Assembly (NCBI GenBank): GCA_040954595.2
Contig: CM082590.2
Coordinates: 7,068,001-7,132,000 of the forward strand
Direction: 5' to 3'
Length of the DNA stretch: 64,000 nucleotides
Source: Balanoglossus misakiensis
Lineage: Eukaryota > Animalia > Hemichordata
A model generated the notes under the pieces. The model saw only the letters and a list, made by a program, of their open reading frames with translations, had not been told where the DNA came from and ran no database searches. Positions 10,256-25,200 of this stretch are shown in pieces (the first letter of the stretch is position 1; each line of letters begins with the position of its first letter). A program made the position numbers and the translations under genes.

Positions 10256-13200
10256 CAAAAGTTTAAATAGCGCTAAAATCCAAAACAAGAAATGTTGCCC
10301 AAAGACGCTCATGGTTAAACCACACTGTACACTCTTTTGAACATTGATAATATATGTATTCTTGATATGTTGAAATAAATAGCCCATATCTCGTATTCTG
10401 ATTAAATTCAAGCTTCGCTCCATGGTAAGGATAGCTTATATACAGCCACCTTCAATGAGAAAAATGCATTGGGACACAGACATATATGATACAAGTGATG
10501 CAGCAACTTACCCACACAAGTGCTATTGAATCTCTCATATCCACGTTCACACTGGCATTCATAGCCACCTTCCAGGTTAATGCATCTTGAATGAGGTCCA
10601 CACACAGCAGTAGCACACTCATCGATGTCTGTCAGAGCACAAGATGAAATTCAATTAAAATGTAATTAACAAACGCAATTGTTTTGCTATATGAATGCAT
10701 AAAGATCAACAGTAAAATCATCAGTATATCTTTAGAGCGACATAAATGCAATACTAAACAAATACAGTTTCTAAATGTCAATCACTCTCACTCTTATAAT
10801 ATGTTAATGTATGCCTTTTACGGTACGTCATTTGGATTTGATATTTCCACTGGCTTAGAGAAATTCTTCGATATATGAAATGACGTCAGACGCATTCAGG
10901 CGGCAGTTACGTTCGCATTCAAATTTCCAGATGACGGGCAACTTCAGCAATGTGGTGCAGACAAAGACTGTGCAGACGAAACGCCATGAGGCTGATGAGG
11001 CACCATACCTGATACATATTACGTGTCTGGCGGTTCTAAAGTAAAAACATACTCGGAAAAACTTTTAATGGATGCCGAAATATTGCTTGCCCATCATCTG
11101 TAAATGACAGCGCTATGGGACACATGGCCATATCACGTGATTGATAGTAAAGAATAAGAAGATGCCATTATGTGCGCATCTTGTTATCACTCACCGACAC
11201 ATAATTCTCTGTATGGATAGATGCTGTTCGCCATCTCTTGGTTTGTGTTGTTCTTGATGACCAGCTGATAGCCTTCCTGGCAATCGCAGTTGAACGATCC
11301 AAAGGTGTTCTCGCAACACTTGGCGTGTTCTCCACACGCATGAGGATCACCGCATTCATTGACGTCTGTAGATGGTACATAACCAAAACAGAGAGTCACT
11401 TAAAGGGAAATGTGTAACATACATATTTGCATATACGTACATACCAACACAACACAGTCTTTCCTCTCCCAGTACATTCATATCAGATGCTACACATTGT
11501 TAAGCACAACTGCCCACCCCAACCAACATTCATAACCACGTCTCCTGATGAGTGCATGAGTCAAGTATGTGACTCACGAAACAACGTTGTAGAGATTATA
11601 CCACCTATCGTACAAATGTATCTTCAGTTACCCTTACTTTAGATACAAATGCATGCATACCGGTACACCTTCATACATCATACATACATACATACAGACA
11701 CACACACATACATACATGTATACATACATGTATACATACATACATACATACCAGTACATACATACATACATACATACATACATACACACCACATGCATAC
11801 AAACAACATCTAAAAGGCGAGTTATTTTACCTAGACATAGCTTGCCAGTGCCATAGAAACCAGGATTACATTGGCAGTAATAAGATCCTATGGTGTTCTT
11901 ACAAGTTGAATGTTGAGAACATATTGCCGTCTGCGCTGTACACTCATCGATGTCTGTAACACATGAATGAGATAGTTTGTTCAGTGAATATTTGCACACA
12001 TTTCTCAACAGTGCTCAGGTGCATATCCCTGTTCATGAAATTACGTTTAAATGATATTTATACTACGTCTATATTTTGTAGTTTGGGATCTATTTTATTC
12101 AGGTGTTGTATACGTAATGGTACACTTTTTATATTTCTTTCTAATTCCTTGTTTCTTATTTCATGGTAAGCATCTTTTTTCCAAATTATAACTTTCATTT
12201 TATCATTCCCAGAGCTGTAAGTAGGTTTGCATAATGAAAAAAATATAAAGGGTATTCATAGCTTAAAGGTTTAGGTCACCTCAAATTTCTGGTACATACG
12301 CCCATATATGTCAGAAATAGCGTGTTTGACTGTTCGAAAGAACATATGGTGCCACTCTTTTTTTTCACGTGTGCCACCCACTGAAAATCTGTGATTTGCT
12401 AGATCTCAATTTGCCATGGTAAATTTAGCCATATTTGCATAGGTGACCGTATAGCTTGAATTCAATGGATTTTGTTTGAACACATAATAATGCTTACCGA
12501 CACAAGTTTCTCCAGAAAGTTCAAAACCCACATTGCAAATGCATTCATAGCCCGGGAAGAGGTTACTGCAGACTTCATGGTCATCGCAGACTGCATGGTA
12601 TACAGAACCCTCTCGTTCTGTACATTCATTGAAATCTGCATTGCGAGAAAGACAAATGCAAGCATATTCAGGATTATTTATAACCATTACAATTCATCCA
12701 CAAATCCTTGAAATTAGATAATTCTTAGAATGAACGATGCAGCCAACCGTAGCAAAGACCGGGCATGACAGCAACTGAAGATCCTAGAAGGTCGTGGCGA
12801 CTGCAGTCAGGTTTGTGCTGGTATTGGAGGACATATTCTCATCAAGGGGGGACACCCACGCGGCGCGACGACCCCTTCCCTTTAGCGTAGACTGGGCATG
12901 ACAGCAACTGAAGATCGTAGTAGGTCATGGCGACTGCAGTGGTGTTTGCGCTGGTATGGGAGGACATATTCTCATCAAGGGGGACACCCACGCGGCGCGA
13001 CGACCCCTTCCCTTTAAATATGACACAACAGGGGTACTGTCTACATATACTAAAGCAGATTGCATCACAGATTATTTTGTCTTTGAAATAGACGGAATAA
13101 ACAAGACAAATTTTGTATTACTGACCCGCAAATTATAACGAATGATTCTCAATCAATTTATTTGCTTTAAACAAACAAAACATCATTAAAGCCTCTAGAG

Positions 13201-16200
13201 CTGCCACTTTTTGCATTATTTTCATGATTTTATTTAATTTCCAACTGAGACTGGTTCATCTAAATAAGCTTACTGATAGGTATACATGAACATCTCATCG
13301 ATGCCCGATTGTGACTACATGTTGCAATTTGAACACGCTATGTATTAAAACGCTGCCGCACCGATTTAATCAGCCTCCATATATAGTACGCAACTATTGT
13401 GGTATGTGTTGTCAAGAGATGACAAACTGATACAAATGCAAGTAATATGAGGATTTTAGAGGATAGGGAATAGAGACGAAGTACATGTTTATTATTGTGG
13501 AAAAAATATGTGAAATTTGACAGCTCTGGAGGCTTTAAAATCCATTGTATTATTTAAATCACTATTGCCAATTGTTTCCTTACCTATGCACCCTTTCTTG
13601 CGATCAGACACAGTACCACTCGGACAGACACATTCATTGCGGCCATCAACGTCTTGACATGTTGCAGGGGCGTTACATTCTTGTTGGCCAGGTGTGCATT
13701 CATCATTCACTGTAATGGGAGAGCACAAAATCTGTTTATTAAGAATATTTGTACATACAATGATTATACACTCTTTTCATAAGTCTAGTGCCCTCATGCA
13801 GCCATCTTGAATTTGAACTCAAAGTGAGGCCAATTGGGATGTGATCGGTCTTTCCAACTTTCCCCATTGGCCACGTTTTGATGTCCAATTTAAATTCATA
13901 ATGGCCTCATGTGGGTACTTAGACTTATGAGTACTCGCTTGAAACAGTCTCCAGAATAGTATGAAAAATCAATAGTTCACAGATGTTGCTTATACCGGGG
14001 GGTATGAGTATGGTGGGGATGCAGTTGTTACTGTTAGAATTGTTCATAGTATTTAAAACCTCTGATTTGACTCACTTGTGCATGTAGTCACACCATCTCC
14101 TGAGTAGCCATCTCTGCAGGTGCAGTCATAACTTCCGGCCGTGTTGATACAAATTGCATTCTTGTGACAGTCGTTTGGTCCCTTGATACACTCATCAGTA
14201 TCTTCAAATACAAGAAAATACAGGTATAATACTGCGGTAATACGTTACTGGAAAAATGCTGCAACCTTTTGGGGTGATGTGTAATTGTAAGTAACTCATT
14301 TGTATTCTATTTTGCGCATATAAATAAGATAAAGAAGCATTATACCATTTTGGTTCCGGCAAGGTAACATTCACTCTGTGAGGTAGCTTGTGTATTTTGA
14401 TTTGAATTATTAAATTTTTCATAGTTGACTATAATAGCAGGTTCATTATTGCAAAATGTTCACAAAAATTAATTGCACGATTTTTTGTGGCTAAAAACAC
14501 AAAGAATTCAACACCATTGAAATGTTTGCTCATGCAGACATCTATAAGACATAAAAAAACAGTTCGGTTGAATGACATTTGAGGGCAAAGAGTTAAAATT
14601 GTTGGCCTCACCATAACAGCCGTTCAATCCAGGTCTGTTTTCGTAACCAGGCAGACATGCGCAGTAGTACGACCCCACGACGTTGAAACAAGTAGATCCA
14701 TGTTTGCAGGGATTGTTAAGACACTCATCAACGTCTGAAATTCAAAACAAAAATCGATTTTCAACATTGGCATGATATTTTCATAACTGTTAAAGATTAT
14801 ATCAAAATAACAAGTGTCAGTAGGCCACACTCGTACATTCTTTTCCTTTAATATGGAAATAATGTGGAAGTTCATTGGTCAAATATCCAATATTTACATG
14901 GCAAGTTGAAAAGACAGACAGTTACAAAACGATACAGCACAGCAGACAATTAACGAAACACACAGAGCAATGTCAAGTCCGTGAAAGAAAGATATATGGA
15001 CTTCCGGCAAAAAGACCAGGAAGTGATGTCAGGTGTTTCGAAAATAGTAAGCCTATCCTGCCCCACATGTGTTACCCGCTCTATATCAATTTCAAAGTCA
15101 AAACTTACCCATGCAAGAGAACGGTGTAACATGGCCATATCCTTCCTCACAATGACATCTGTACAGACCCTCTGTATTCACACAAGTACTATGCTCAGCG
15201 CATTGATCTACACCAGCTGTACATTCATCAAAATCTATAATAAAAACAATCAATGTATTTATTGTAACTCTATGACTGTATCACTACTAAAACATACCCA
15301 ACTGCAATATATATATTTACAATAATATTCAAGTTTGTGGTCAATTGGCCACACATACTTAGGGCCTAATATGCTGGTATATACACTTGTGTGGTGGAGT
15401 AAGTGCATAGATTTGAATAAATAGTCGTTAATAACATTAAGTTACATTCTAGTTGCATTGCAAGCGTGCATAATCACTAAATACGATTAAATGTAGCAAG
15501 TCCTTAGTATGATACCAAAATGACATACGAACTTACCTATACAGGTATAACCGTCACCCCGGAATCCAGACTTACACTGGCAACCAAAATCACCATACCC
15601 ATTGACGCAATCTGCATTGACGTCACAGTTGTGGCTGCCAACGTCACATTCGTTGATATCTGGCCAATACAATAATACAATCCATAATATATGCAAGTTA
15701 GTTTATTAATGGATGCCTCTATTACTTTTATCATGGTTAGGTAGAGACCGATTATTCATTTTGGCGAGTTTTTCACACTTGTGTCTACAAGTGGGATGGA
15801 AGTTATGTGTGGTCGAACGTTGATTCACTATATATCCACATGTAGAATAACATAAACGGTGTCTTGTATCAAACATAATTAATGGAAAAAGGGCAGCGAG
15901 AGAGAGACTTTGTCCCTTTAATTGGCAGAAATAGAGTAATGTCCAAACCCTAGTCCAACTCAATAGTATAGTTGACTGGCAAACCAGCTTACAGAAATAA
16001 AATGAAATACATATTTACCAATGCATGTATGGTCAGGCGCTGTCACGTCCTCCTCGAAGCCAGCCTTACAGCCGCATTCATAAGATCCTTCTGTATTTTG
16101 ACATTTCCCATTTACTGAGTCACAGAGGTCAGTACCTTCGGCACACTCGTCGATGTCTGGGGAATTAATGTAAATATAAGTTTAATATGTTTCAAATTGA

Positions 16201-19200
16201 TCCACAAAAAACTTGTGGCAGTAACGGTCTCAGGAGAACTCGTTTTGGAACATCTTTAAAATTGTCAGGGCCAGCTTTGTCGAACTGCAAAAGCTAATCC
16301 ACTATGAGGTAACTCGTGTCTGTAAAATAACTAGTGAGACATTGATTTAAAAAAGTATTTTCAACTTGCAGAACTCTCAGACAGGTACGTAATGGAGACA
16401 TAGTGATGTGGTTTCTCCATATTCATGAGCACTATAACGACGTCATGTTGGAAATTTGTCAATGGCAGATCTATCGTTCGACCAATTGACACTTATAGTT
16501 TCTTTAATGTGGAATTTCTGCCCCGATTAACAATGAGCTCATACCGGTACAGTGCGACATTTATCAACATATCAAAGAGGAATCCTTTATCCTTTCACCC
16601 CTACTTCCCACTATTGAAGTCCAACTTTACCATACAAAACAATGGATTTGGACCAAACCATTGTGCTGAAAGGGTTAAATTTGGTATAAGTGACACTGAC
16701 CCAGACACACGAATCCATCTCCTGAATAGCCAGCATGACATTCACAATTGTAATCGCCTGCAATGTTCAGACATCTTCCATTTGCACTGCATTGATTGGA
16801 TCCATCACTACATTCGTTTACATCTGCCAAGAGAACATATTAACTTGTTAAAGTCGCTGGTTTATCACAATAAATAGTATGTACCTATTGATGATAGAAT
16901 AAAATCTATCTGTCCAAACTGGCCTGTTTGATTTATATATCTCATGTAGGACATTTTTTTTTACAAAACGTGATCTGAAAGGAATTTTTTTTTATCAAAG
17001 TTTGCAATCCATTGTGTACTGGTGTGTAGTGTGTTAGTTGTCTTATATGATTGAAATAATGCAATATAATGTAATGCAATGCAATGTAATGTAATATCAT
17101 GTAGTAAAATGTGTGAAGTAATGTTCACTGCTGAATGTAATTTCAAGAATATAATGTCATTACAGGGAAGATACAATTTATGCACAGACTAAAGGCAATA
17201 TGGGGACCCGAAAAATACTTATACACCTAGGTGTGGAAATATTTTGCCAACAGCAAGATCTCACTACTTACCCGTGCAAGTAATTCCGTCTCCTTGGAAA
17301 CCAGGTAAACATTGGCATTCGTAGGTACCATCAGTATTCTGGCAGAGAGCATCTTTCGCACATGGGAATACACCACTACCACACTCGTCGATGTCTTAGG
17401 GTTAAAGGTCATAGAAATATGAAACATTAAATATTCATATCTAAGATTATGTACATGATAACTGACAGTGTTTTTGCTCAGGCTTGGGAACACTGTTAAA
17501 TGACTTGGAAACCCCAGTAATGCTTCTGCTACCTACTAATATGACTGCATTGATATACCATGAGGAACTCCAGTAAAATGGCTGGGGAACCCCGGTAACA
17601 TTTACCTGGGTACTGCCCTTAACAAAAACACTGACTGATTCTATAAAATAAAGCCTTATGTCCTCTCCCAATCTCAACTCACTGTACCATAATTTTCTGT
17701 TAGGACGATATTAAACCGCACGAAGAAATTACAAGATGTCTTATAGCGATTTGAAATTAAAAACATGTACGTTCTTTGCTTACCTTCACACCAGAATCCA
17801 TTGCCGCGATATCCACCATTGCACACACAATCATAGTAGCCATCTTTGTTTATGCACGCAGCGTTTGCATCACAGGTTGCAGCCCCATTACATTCGTTGT
17901 TGTCTGGAAAAAAAAAACATCAAAATTTGAAAAGTTGTGACAAATATTCGCTGATGATGACATTGTGTGAATGAAGGATCTAAATGGCAATATGAGTCTG
18001 TTTGACCAAATTTACAACTGTCTGGGTAACTTTGCATGGCAAGCCACAAGCTAAATCACCATATATGTGATTTGTGTGTTTATCTAGTATCATGTCCAGA
18101 ATGGAACTCATCGTTCTGCAATCACTGTGTATTACTTATATCCCATGGCAGGCAATCCTCCTGTAATATACAAACTTACCAACGCATACACCGTCGCCGT
18201 TTCTATGGAAGCCATAATGACATTTGCAAGTGGGTACATCGTTAACATAATCACAATATTCCGTCAGAGAGCAGCCGTTTGTGCAGTTGTCGGTTTCTGT
18301 CAAATGAAAATAAATTATCGCATTTTGAAATAAGATTAAGGCAAAACCAGATAGTGATAGTGCAAGGGTGCATTAAAAATCCCTGAGTCCATATATAGAT
18401 TATAAGGAAACATCTAAGAATGTCTCTACATAGGCATGTGATTAGCTGACGGTGTTGTAGCACATTGTCGCAGATCCAAATGTTTATAGATAAAAACAGA
18501 GTGCAAAATTATCAGTTACACCACAATCCCTACAGGATAAGACAGACTGTGGTTACATTGAAAAATCAGCAAATGTAATGTGCAAGTACAATACAGTCAA
18601 ACAAATGCGGACTAGAGTCATGGATTACTTACTGTAACAAACACGTCCATCTCCATAGTAACCTTCTATGCATGCACACGTGTGGCTCCCTGCTATGTTT
18701 GTGCAGTCAGCGTGTGCGTGGCACATGTCAGTTCCTTGATCGCATTCATCAGTATCTGAAATACACCAAGAGGAAAATAATATCAGATTCATTGGGAAAT
18801 CATATGAAAAGATATGATTTTGACTAGTGGATTCACAAGAGCAGACAAATGAATGGTTATCCAATCATAATGACACAAATAGCCAAGTTATCAATACACG
18901 CTGTCTCTACAGCCTAGGTCAATTTTGTTCACTTAGACTCCTGCAGAGACTTTACATCCACCATGGCCGTTCATTAAATTGAAATCTGACCTCAAACTAT
19001 AAAGTGAGTGAAATAGAAACAAGCAAACATTCCTAAAAGTACCAACAAGTCCAATCTAGATTTTCACTTACACTGAACATGCGCTTATCAGTATGGTACA
19101 TTTAACCTAGAAATATTTGCGGCATGGTATATTGTTTAGAATGATGACGATTACAACAACGATGATGATAATGATGGTGATAATAATAGTGATGGTGAAC

Positions 19201-22200
19201 GTGAAGATGTGGTGCCCCAAGGACATGTAACACCTCCCTATGTCTCTCTTACTGAGAACAACTTACCATAGCAGGTTTGGCCAGTTCCATAATACCCTTC
19301 ATTGCAAACACACAGATAGCTTCCCTTGGTGTTCGTACACAATGCGTCAGTGTGACATGGATTTTCATCACACTCATTAATGTCTGGAAATAAAGAAAAC
19401 AATTTTGCAAGTTAATTAGGAAATTTATAATACAGTCAAACCTGTGTTAGTAGCCACCTCTATATAGTGGTCACTTCTACATAGTGGCTAGCTACTTTGT
19501 TGCAGTCCCTGCGCAATTCACATATGCATTAATTTACCTGTCTATAAAGGCCAGTTTGGGAAAGTCCCTTGACTGGCCACTATAGACAGGTTTGACTCTA
19601 ATACTGTTGTTGCAATTGCAAGTACTTTTCATTTGGCCAATCAACGTCCTTCCTAATCAGTGGCCTCGGTATGATCACTGGTGAATGTAATGTCTACGTA
19701 CCAATGCAATGGTCATTTTCAGATTTCTTGAATCCAGCGTCACAGACACAATCGTAGCTACCATCTGTGTTCGAACAGGTCGAATGGGCGCCACAGAGAT
19801 AGGTGGTAGTTGGGTCATCACATTCGTTAACATCTGCAAAAAAAACGGTATATCAAATCTTGCTGTTAAAGGCGCATCTTCTTTATCAGCTTTATATAAA
19901 CACTAACAGATTAACTTGATAAAGATTTAAATGGAAAACAGAAGGTTTTCACCACATAAACATTCAATGTCAACAAGAGCTAATGGGAGAACCAGGGATT
20001 GAAAATTGCCCCTCTATAAAGCGGAAGTGAAATTCTGATTGTCATGTTACATTTACCATCAAGACATTACCAGCACACAATATAGAATTGGGGTCAAAAT
20101 AATCATAAACATCCAAGAGAAACTTTCCAAGAACTCATTAAATGAACTCCTTTTCAGCTTAAAATCTTTGCCTCCTGTCATACAGAAAGATATTTTCTCT
20201 TTCCATTAAAATCAGTGCTCTTGTGTTGCACGATGGGTACATACATGTTGAAGGAAAAACGACTATGGAAGATTATGCCAATTTGTTCATTTTCAAGCAA
20301 TAACCTACGGCATATATGTTTTACGCCTGTTTAAAACAATTGCATGAATAGTTGTCAATCTTGTGCTTATAATTGAGGCATAACATTATCTCGTATCACT
20401 TTTAAAAGTCGCTATTTGCTATGCTAAATTTGCATATATACATACGCACCTGTACACCCCTGACCACTGACTTTCCCGTCTCCTGTGAAACCAGGTGGAC
20501 ACGCACAACGAACACTTCCAACAATATTCTCGCAGGTAGCGCCATCAACGCATGGCCCTGGTGACATCTCTGTACACTCATCAACGTCTGTTAAGATAAG
20601 AATATTTTGAAATCTGACTTGTTGATGGGCAACAATGTGTAATAGTTTGTCTATTTGTCTCAGATATGACACAGTATGTATGTAGTTTGAATGTACGTAC
20701 GTATGTATGTATGTATGTATGTATGTATGTATGTATGCATGCATGTATGTATGTATGTATGTATGTATGTATGTATGTATGTATGTATGTATGTATGTAT
20801 GTATGTATGTATGTATGCATGCATGTATGTATGTATGTATGTATGTATGTACGTACGGTATGTATGTATGTATGTATGTATGTATGTATGTATGTATGTA
20901 TGTATGCATTCATGTATTAAAAATACTACAAAATGAAAATAAATGATGGTAATCTTCTGTCTGCCAAAGAAACTACCCACCTCTACAGATGTTGCCGTCT
21001 ACCGCAAAGCCATTCTTACACTGGCAGCTATAACTTCCAGGTCCTGTTACTTGACATCCATTCGTTTCCCTGCCACAGACTGTTCCATATGCACCAGGCG
21101 AGTCACACGGGTGGCTTGCTGTAACACAAGAAAAGTTGTCCATGAGATTGTTCATAATCCTGCTGATCCTTGCGACAGGGAATGTTATTTTACGAAGAAA
21201 ACTGTCACGAAAATAGCCAAATTGTGGTTCTTATTCACCTTGCAGTGTTCTCCCCAGAGCAATTAAAGCATGGTGGCCACCACTCTTTAATTTTGAGAAG
21301 ACAATAGAACTTAATTAACATAACATTTGATTATATTGTCATTCAAATTAGCCGTCATGCTTTCCCTAAATCCTGGGGAGAACCCTATCTTGCCTACATA
21401 GACACAACATCTGTCCATCAACTGGAAAACAGCAGTATAGTTATACTAATTGCAGACATCTGCACACACCAGCATAACTGTATTATTACATGTTCCATTC
21501 CTTAGGATTTGTATTATATATTTTGACCAGAAGTTACTAACCTTCACACATGTATCCATCACCCAGATAACCTGTATTGCACTGGCATCGATATCCACCA
21601 TCAATATCGACACATGAAGCGTGGTTACCACAAGAGAAGGTTCCTTCAGTACATTCATTGATCGCTGCAAGCATAGAATACAGTGTATGTGATTCACCAT
21701 TTAACTAGTGGCGTTGTATAAGTATCAAATATTTGGAAAATCGCTATGTTGCTCTACACTCTGTTAACGATAGGAGACCCTTCCTACCTTAATGGTGTGC
21801 TTCAAAAATAATAGAATATCATGATTGATAACATTCATCGATTATTGCAAGCTTTATAGAGTACAGTATATTAGAGGCACACCATTTAATTATCAGAGTT
21901 TTTTGTGTGTAAAATAATTGATTATTCGATATGTTGCTGTACACTTTGTTCATGATAGGAGACACTACGTATTCAAAATGGGTACTTCAGAAATAATATT
22001 ACATAATTGATAGTTTGATATCTATGAGAATGCTCTGTGCTAACCAACTGGATTGGAATCATGTGCATACATGTAGAACAAGTCATCGCTTGAATATATA
22101 AGCTTTTCATGTCCAATATCAGTGAAATTGTGGAAAACAATCCATAAAATTGAAAATTGACTCACGATCGCATGTTTTTGATCCGCTCAGGAAATTAAAC

Positions 22201-25200
22201 CCGGTCGGACACACACACGTGGCTACTCCGTTTTCCACTTCACAGAACGCTTGTCCGCAATCAATGTTTTCGTCAGAGCATGGACCTGGTTCTGTGATAT
22301 AGGAATGAATAAAGAAGTTGCAAGACATTTATTTCGAATGCAACTTGACGCTACTCCAGATGAAGATAATCTGCCATACTACTACAAAAGTGTTCCGTTA
22401 CAAGGACAAAGTTTCTCTCTCGCTGCTCTTTTTCCATCAATTATGTTCGATACAACACACCGTTTATGTTAATGTACATGTGTATATGTAGTGAATCAAC
22501 GTTCAACCACACACAACTTCTATCCCGTTTGTAGGATATGAGAGTATAAACTCGCCCAAAATGAATAAATGGTAGAGAACGATCACTCATTTTGGCAAGT
22601 TGTTTTCACTCTCGTGTCTACAAGTGGGATGGAAGGTGTGTGTGGTTGAACGTTGATTCACTATATATCCACATGTAGAATAACATAAACGGTGTCTTGT
22701 ATCAAACATAATTAATGGGAAAAGGGCAGCAAGAGAGAGACTTTGTCCCTTTAAAGTTCGACATTGAACAGCACAATGCAGAGAGAAATATGCAAATTTG
22801 AACCGGAAACAGACGACACTGGATTACAGATCTTACCATAGCAGACGTAGCCATTTCCTGCGAAACCAGCATTGCATTCACACGTGTAAGAACCATCTTG
22901 ATTGACGCACTCAGCATTAGGGTCACACTGGTATGTTGAAGGATCCTGGCATTCATTGAAATCTGCAAGTTGATAAAAAATAGCGTCAAGGACACTGTTG
23001 CTCCCAGTGTGTGGTCAGGTTGTATGGTACTCATTATGAGCATACTGTAAAACGGGTAACTTTCGCGAGCAATAAATTTTCACAAAATATGGGAGAGCCA
23101 AAAAACCGTGAAAATAAAAAGTCGCGTAGAATGTTTTTCGGAGATAACGATGCAGTTAGTGAAATACGAGAATGCGAAAGTTAATCGCACAACAGGTGCC
23201 TTTTTGATATCGCGAAAATTTCCTGTCGCGAAAATAACCCGTTTTACAGTATAATGTATTCATTAAATTCATTGTATCTGTGAGTTCATAAAACATTAAG
23301 TGAGTAAAAAGGACGAAATAGCATCAGGAAATTTCTTTCATCATTGATGGTTCTATAAACATATGTGGAAGCATGTTTTATTTGAAAGAAAATCATCACA
23401 ACCTAGCTATTAGTTCGACTGCAAATTGCAGCAACTATTCTCTCTGCACCAGAAATTTACAGAATTTTCAAACACAAACATGATGCATAATTCATGATGG
23501 TTTTCGCAGAATAGAGTCTAAATTGTAAATACCTGAATAGACAAAATGCAGAATATAATTTACATTACACCAGAATCTAAACAAAAATTTGACTCTTCTA
23601 AGATAGTGCAAACTCTACTTTTATCAATCTTCCGACAACACAAGAACCATCAAAACATTGACAAAACCAAAATTGATTTTATTTCTGATATCTAACAATT
23701 CAGTTGTCTCTTACCTTGGCACACGTCATTGACCTTGACATAACCAGAAAGACATTCGCATGTGAATCCGACAATCTCGTTCTTGCAGCGAGAGTCGGCA
23801 GTGCAAGGATCCGTACCCAGGCGACATTCATTCACATCTGCAAAACAAAGTTCGATCATTACTTTGACAATTGTAAGATATGTCTAAAGAAGCAAAGTCA
23901 GAAATGTTAAGTTCCCTGATGATATTTGTGACCATCGGTAAAATATATACAGTATTTATATGGTTGGCCACAAAGGCAAACATTCACACAATGAAATAGC
24001 ATAGAATTGAAATGTTTAGTTGAGACATCACTTTGAAATTCAACAAAAGAAGCATAGATGTCCTTTATAATCTGAAATGTCAAATCCCATGAATTACCAT
24101 TGAGATATTTGTGATCACACCCGTCACCCATCAATGTTCTGAAGTTCATAGATGAAATATACAGTATTATATGGTCATAAACAGTCAGACAATGAAATAG
24201 CATAGCAAGCTGTCCAGTTTAGACATCACTCTAAAATTCATCAAATCTTTGATATATAAGCTTAATATAACTGTTAAATGGCACAAAAGTTACAATTTGT
24301 GTTAACCTTTATTTTAGGTGCTTGACTTATTTACTTGGCTAGCGACCAGTTGCTATGGTATACCTAAGTCTCGCGAGATCTCATCATGAGTGGAAATCAC
24401 ATAGACTTCTCACCTTCACAGAAGACACCATTACCCGTTGTCCCGTCTTGACAGACACACTGGTAGCCACCATCAGTGTTCACACAGTCAGCGAACGCAT
24501 GGCAATTGTTCTCGCCATTACATTCGTTGTCATCTGTGAAAGACCACACAAAACAAAGTTGGTGGTGTGAGATTATAGGATCCTCATTACAATCATCATG
24601 AGTTGAATTAACTAACTAATTATATGACTTTAGATGTAAAGGGTAATTAGACTCGACTCTTCCTGCTGTCTTTGTTAAGGGTGATGATAATACCCTTGGT
24701 ATACAGATGGTGTCATGTAATTAGTAACATTGGTGTTAATTTACCAGGGTTCCCAAATCATTGACAATCTCCCCAACATTACCAAAACACTTGAGATTGT
24801 ACTAAAATTATTGGTGTACGACCCAGAGTAAACATTAGTTATTAACGAATTATGCTAATTAAGATTCACTTTGGTATCAGAATTATAGTATATATCATCG
24901 ATAATAATAATGCATGTGCAATTAATTGAGATGTATATACTGGTAAATGTGTACAAAGGCAATACAAATGTGTAATGTGTACTTACCCACACAGACTCCA
25001 TTTTGGTTTTCATGGTAACCCTCTTGGCAAAGGCACTCAAAAGCACCGTGGGTGTTTCTACACACAGAGTGAGTTCCACAGTCATCTAGATCTTCCACGC
25101 ATTCATTGATGTCTACATGAGAGAATGTACAATTGAACGGAAATGTCTCAAATGTGCCATTCAGAACCCCTCCCCACTATACACACACACAAATATAAAT

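Noticed and set aside
15706-15963. Recurrent ORFs reading ...[30 protein letters not shown]... (also 41431, 46917, 59512)
   Set aside because: Chance translations of the palindromic MITE family A, not a protein family.
20424-20980. HTYI/MYVC-repeat ORFs (also 45636-46137, 49073-49522)
   Set aside because: Stop-free frames of (TACA)n microsatellites.
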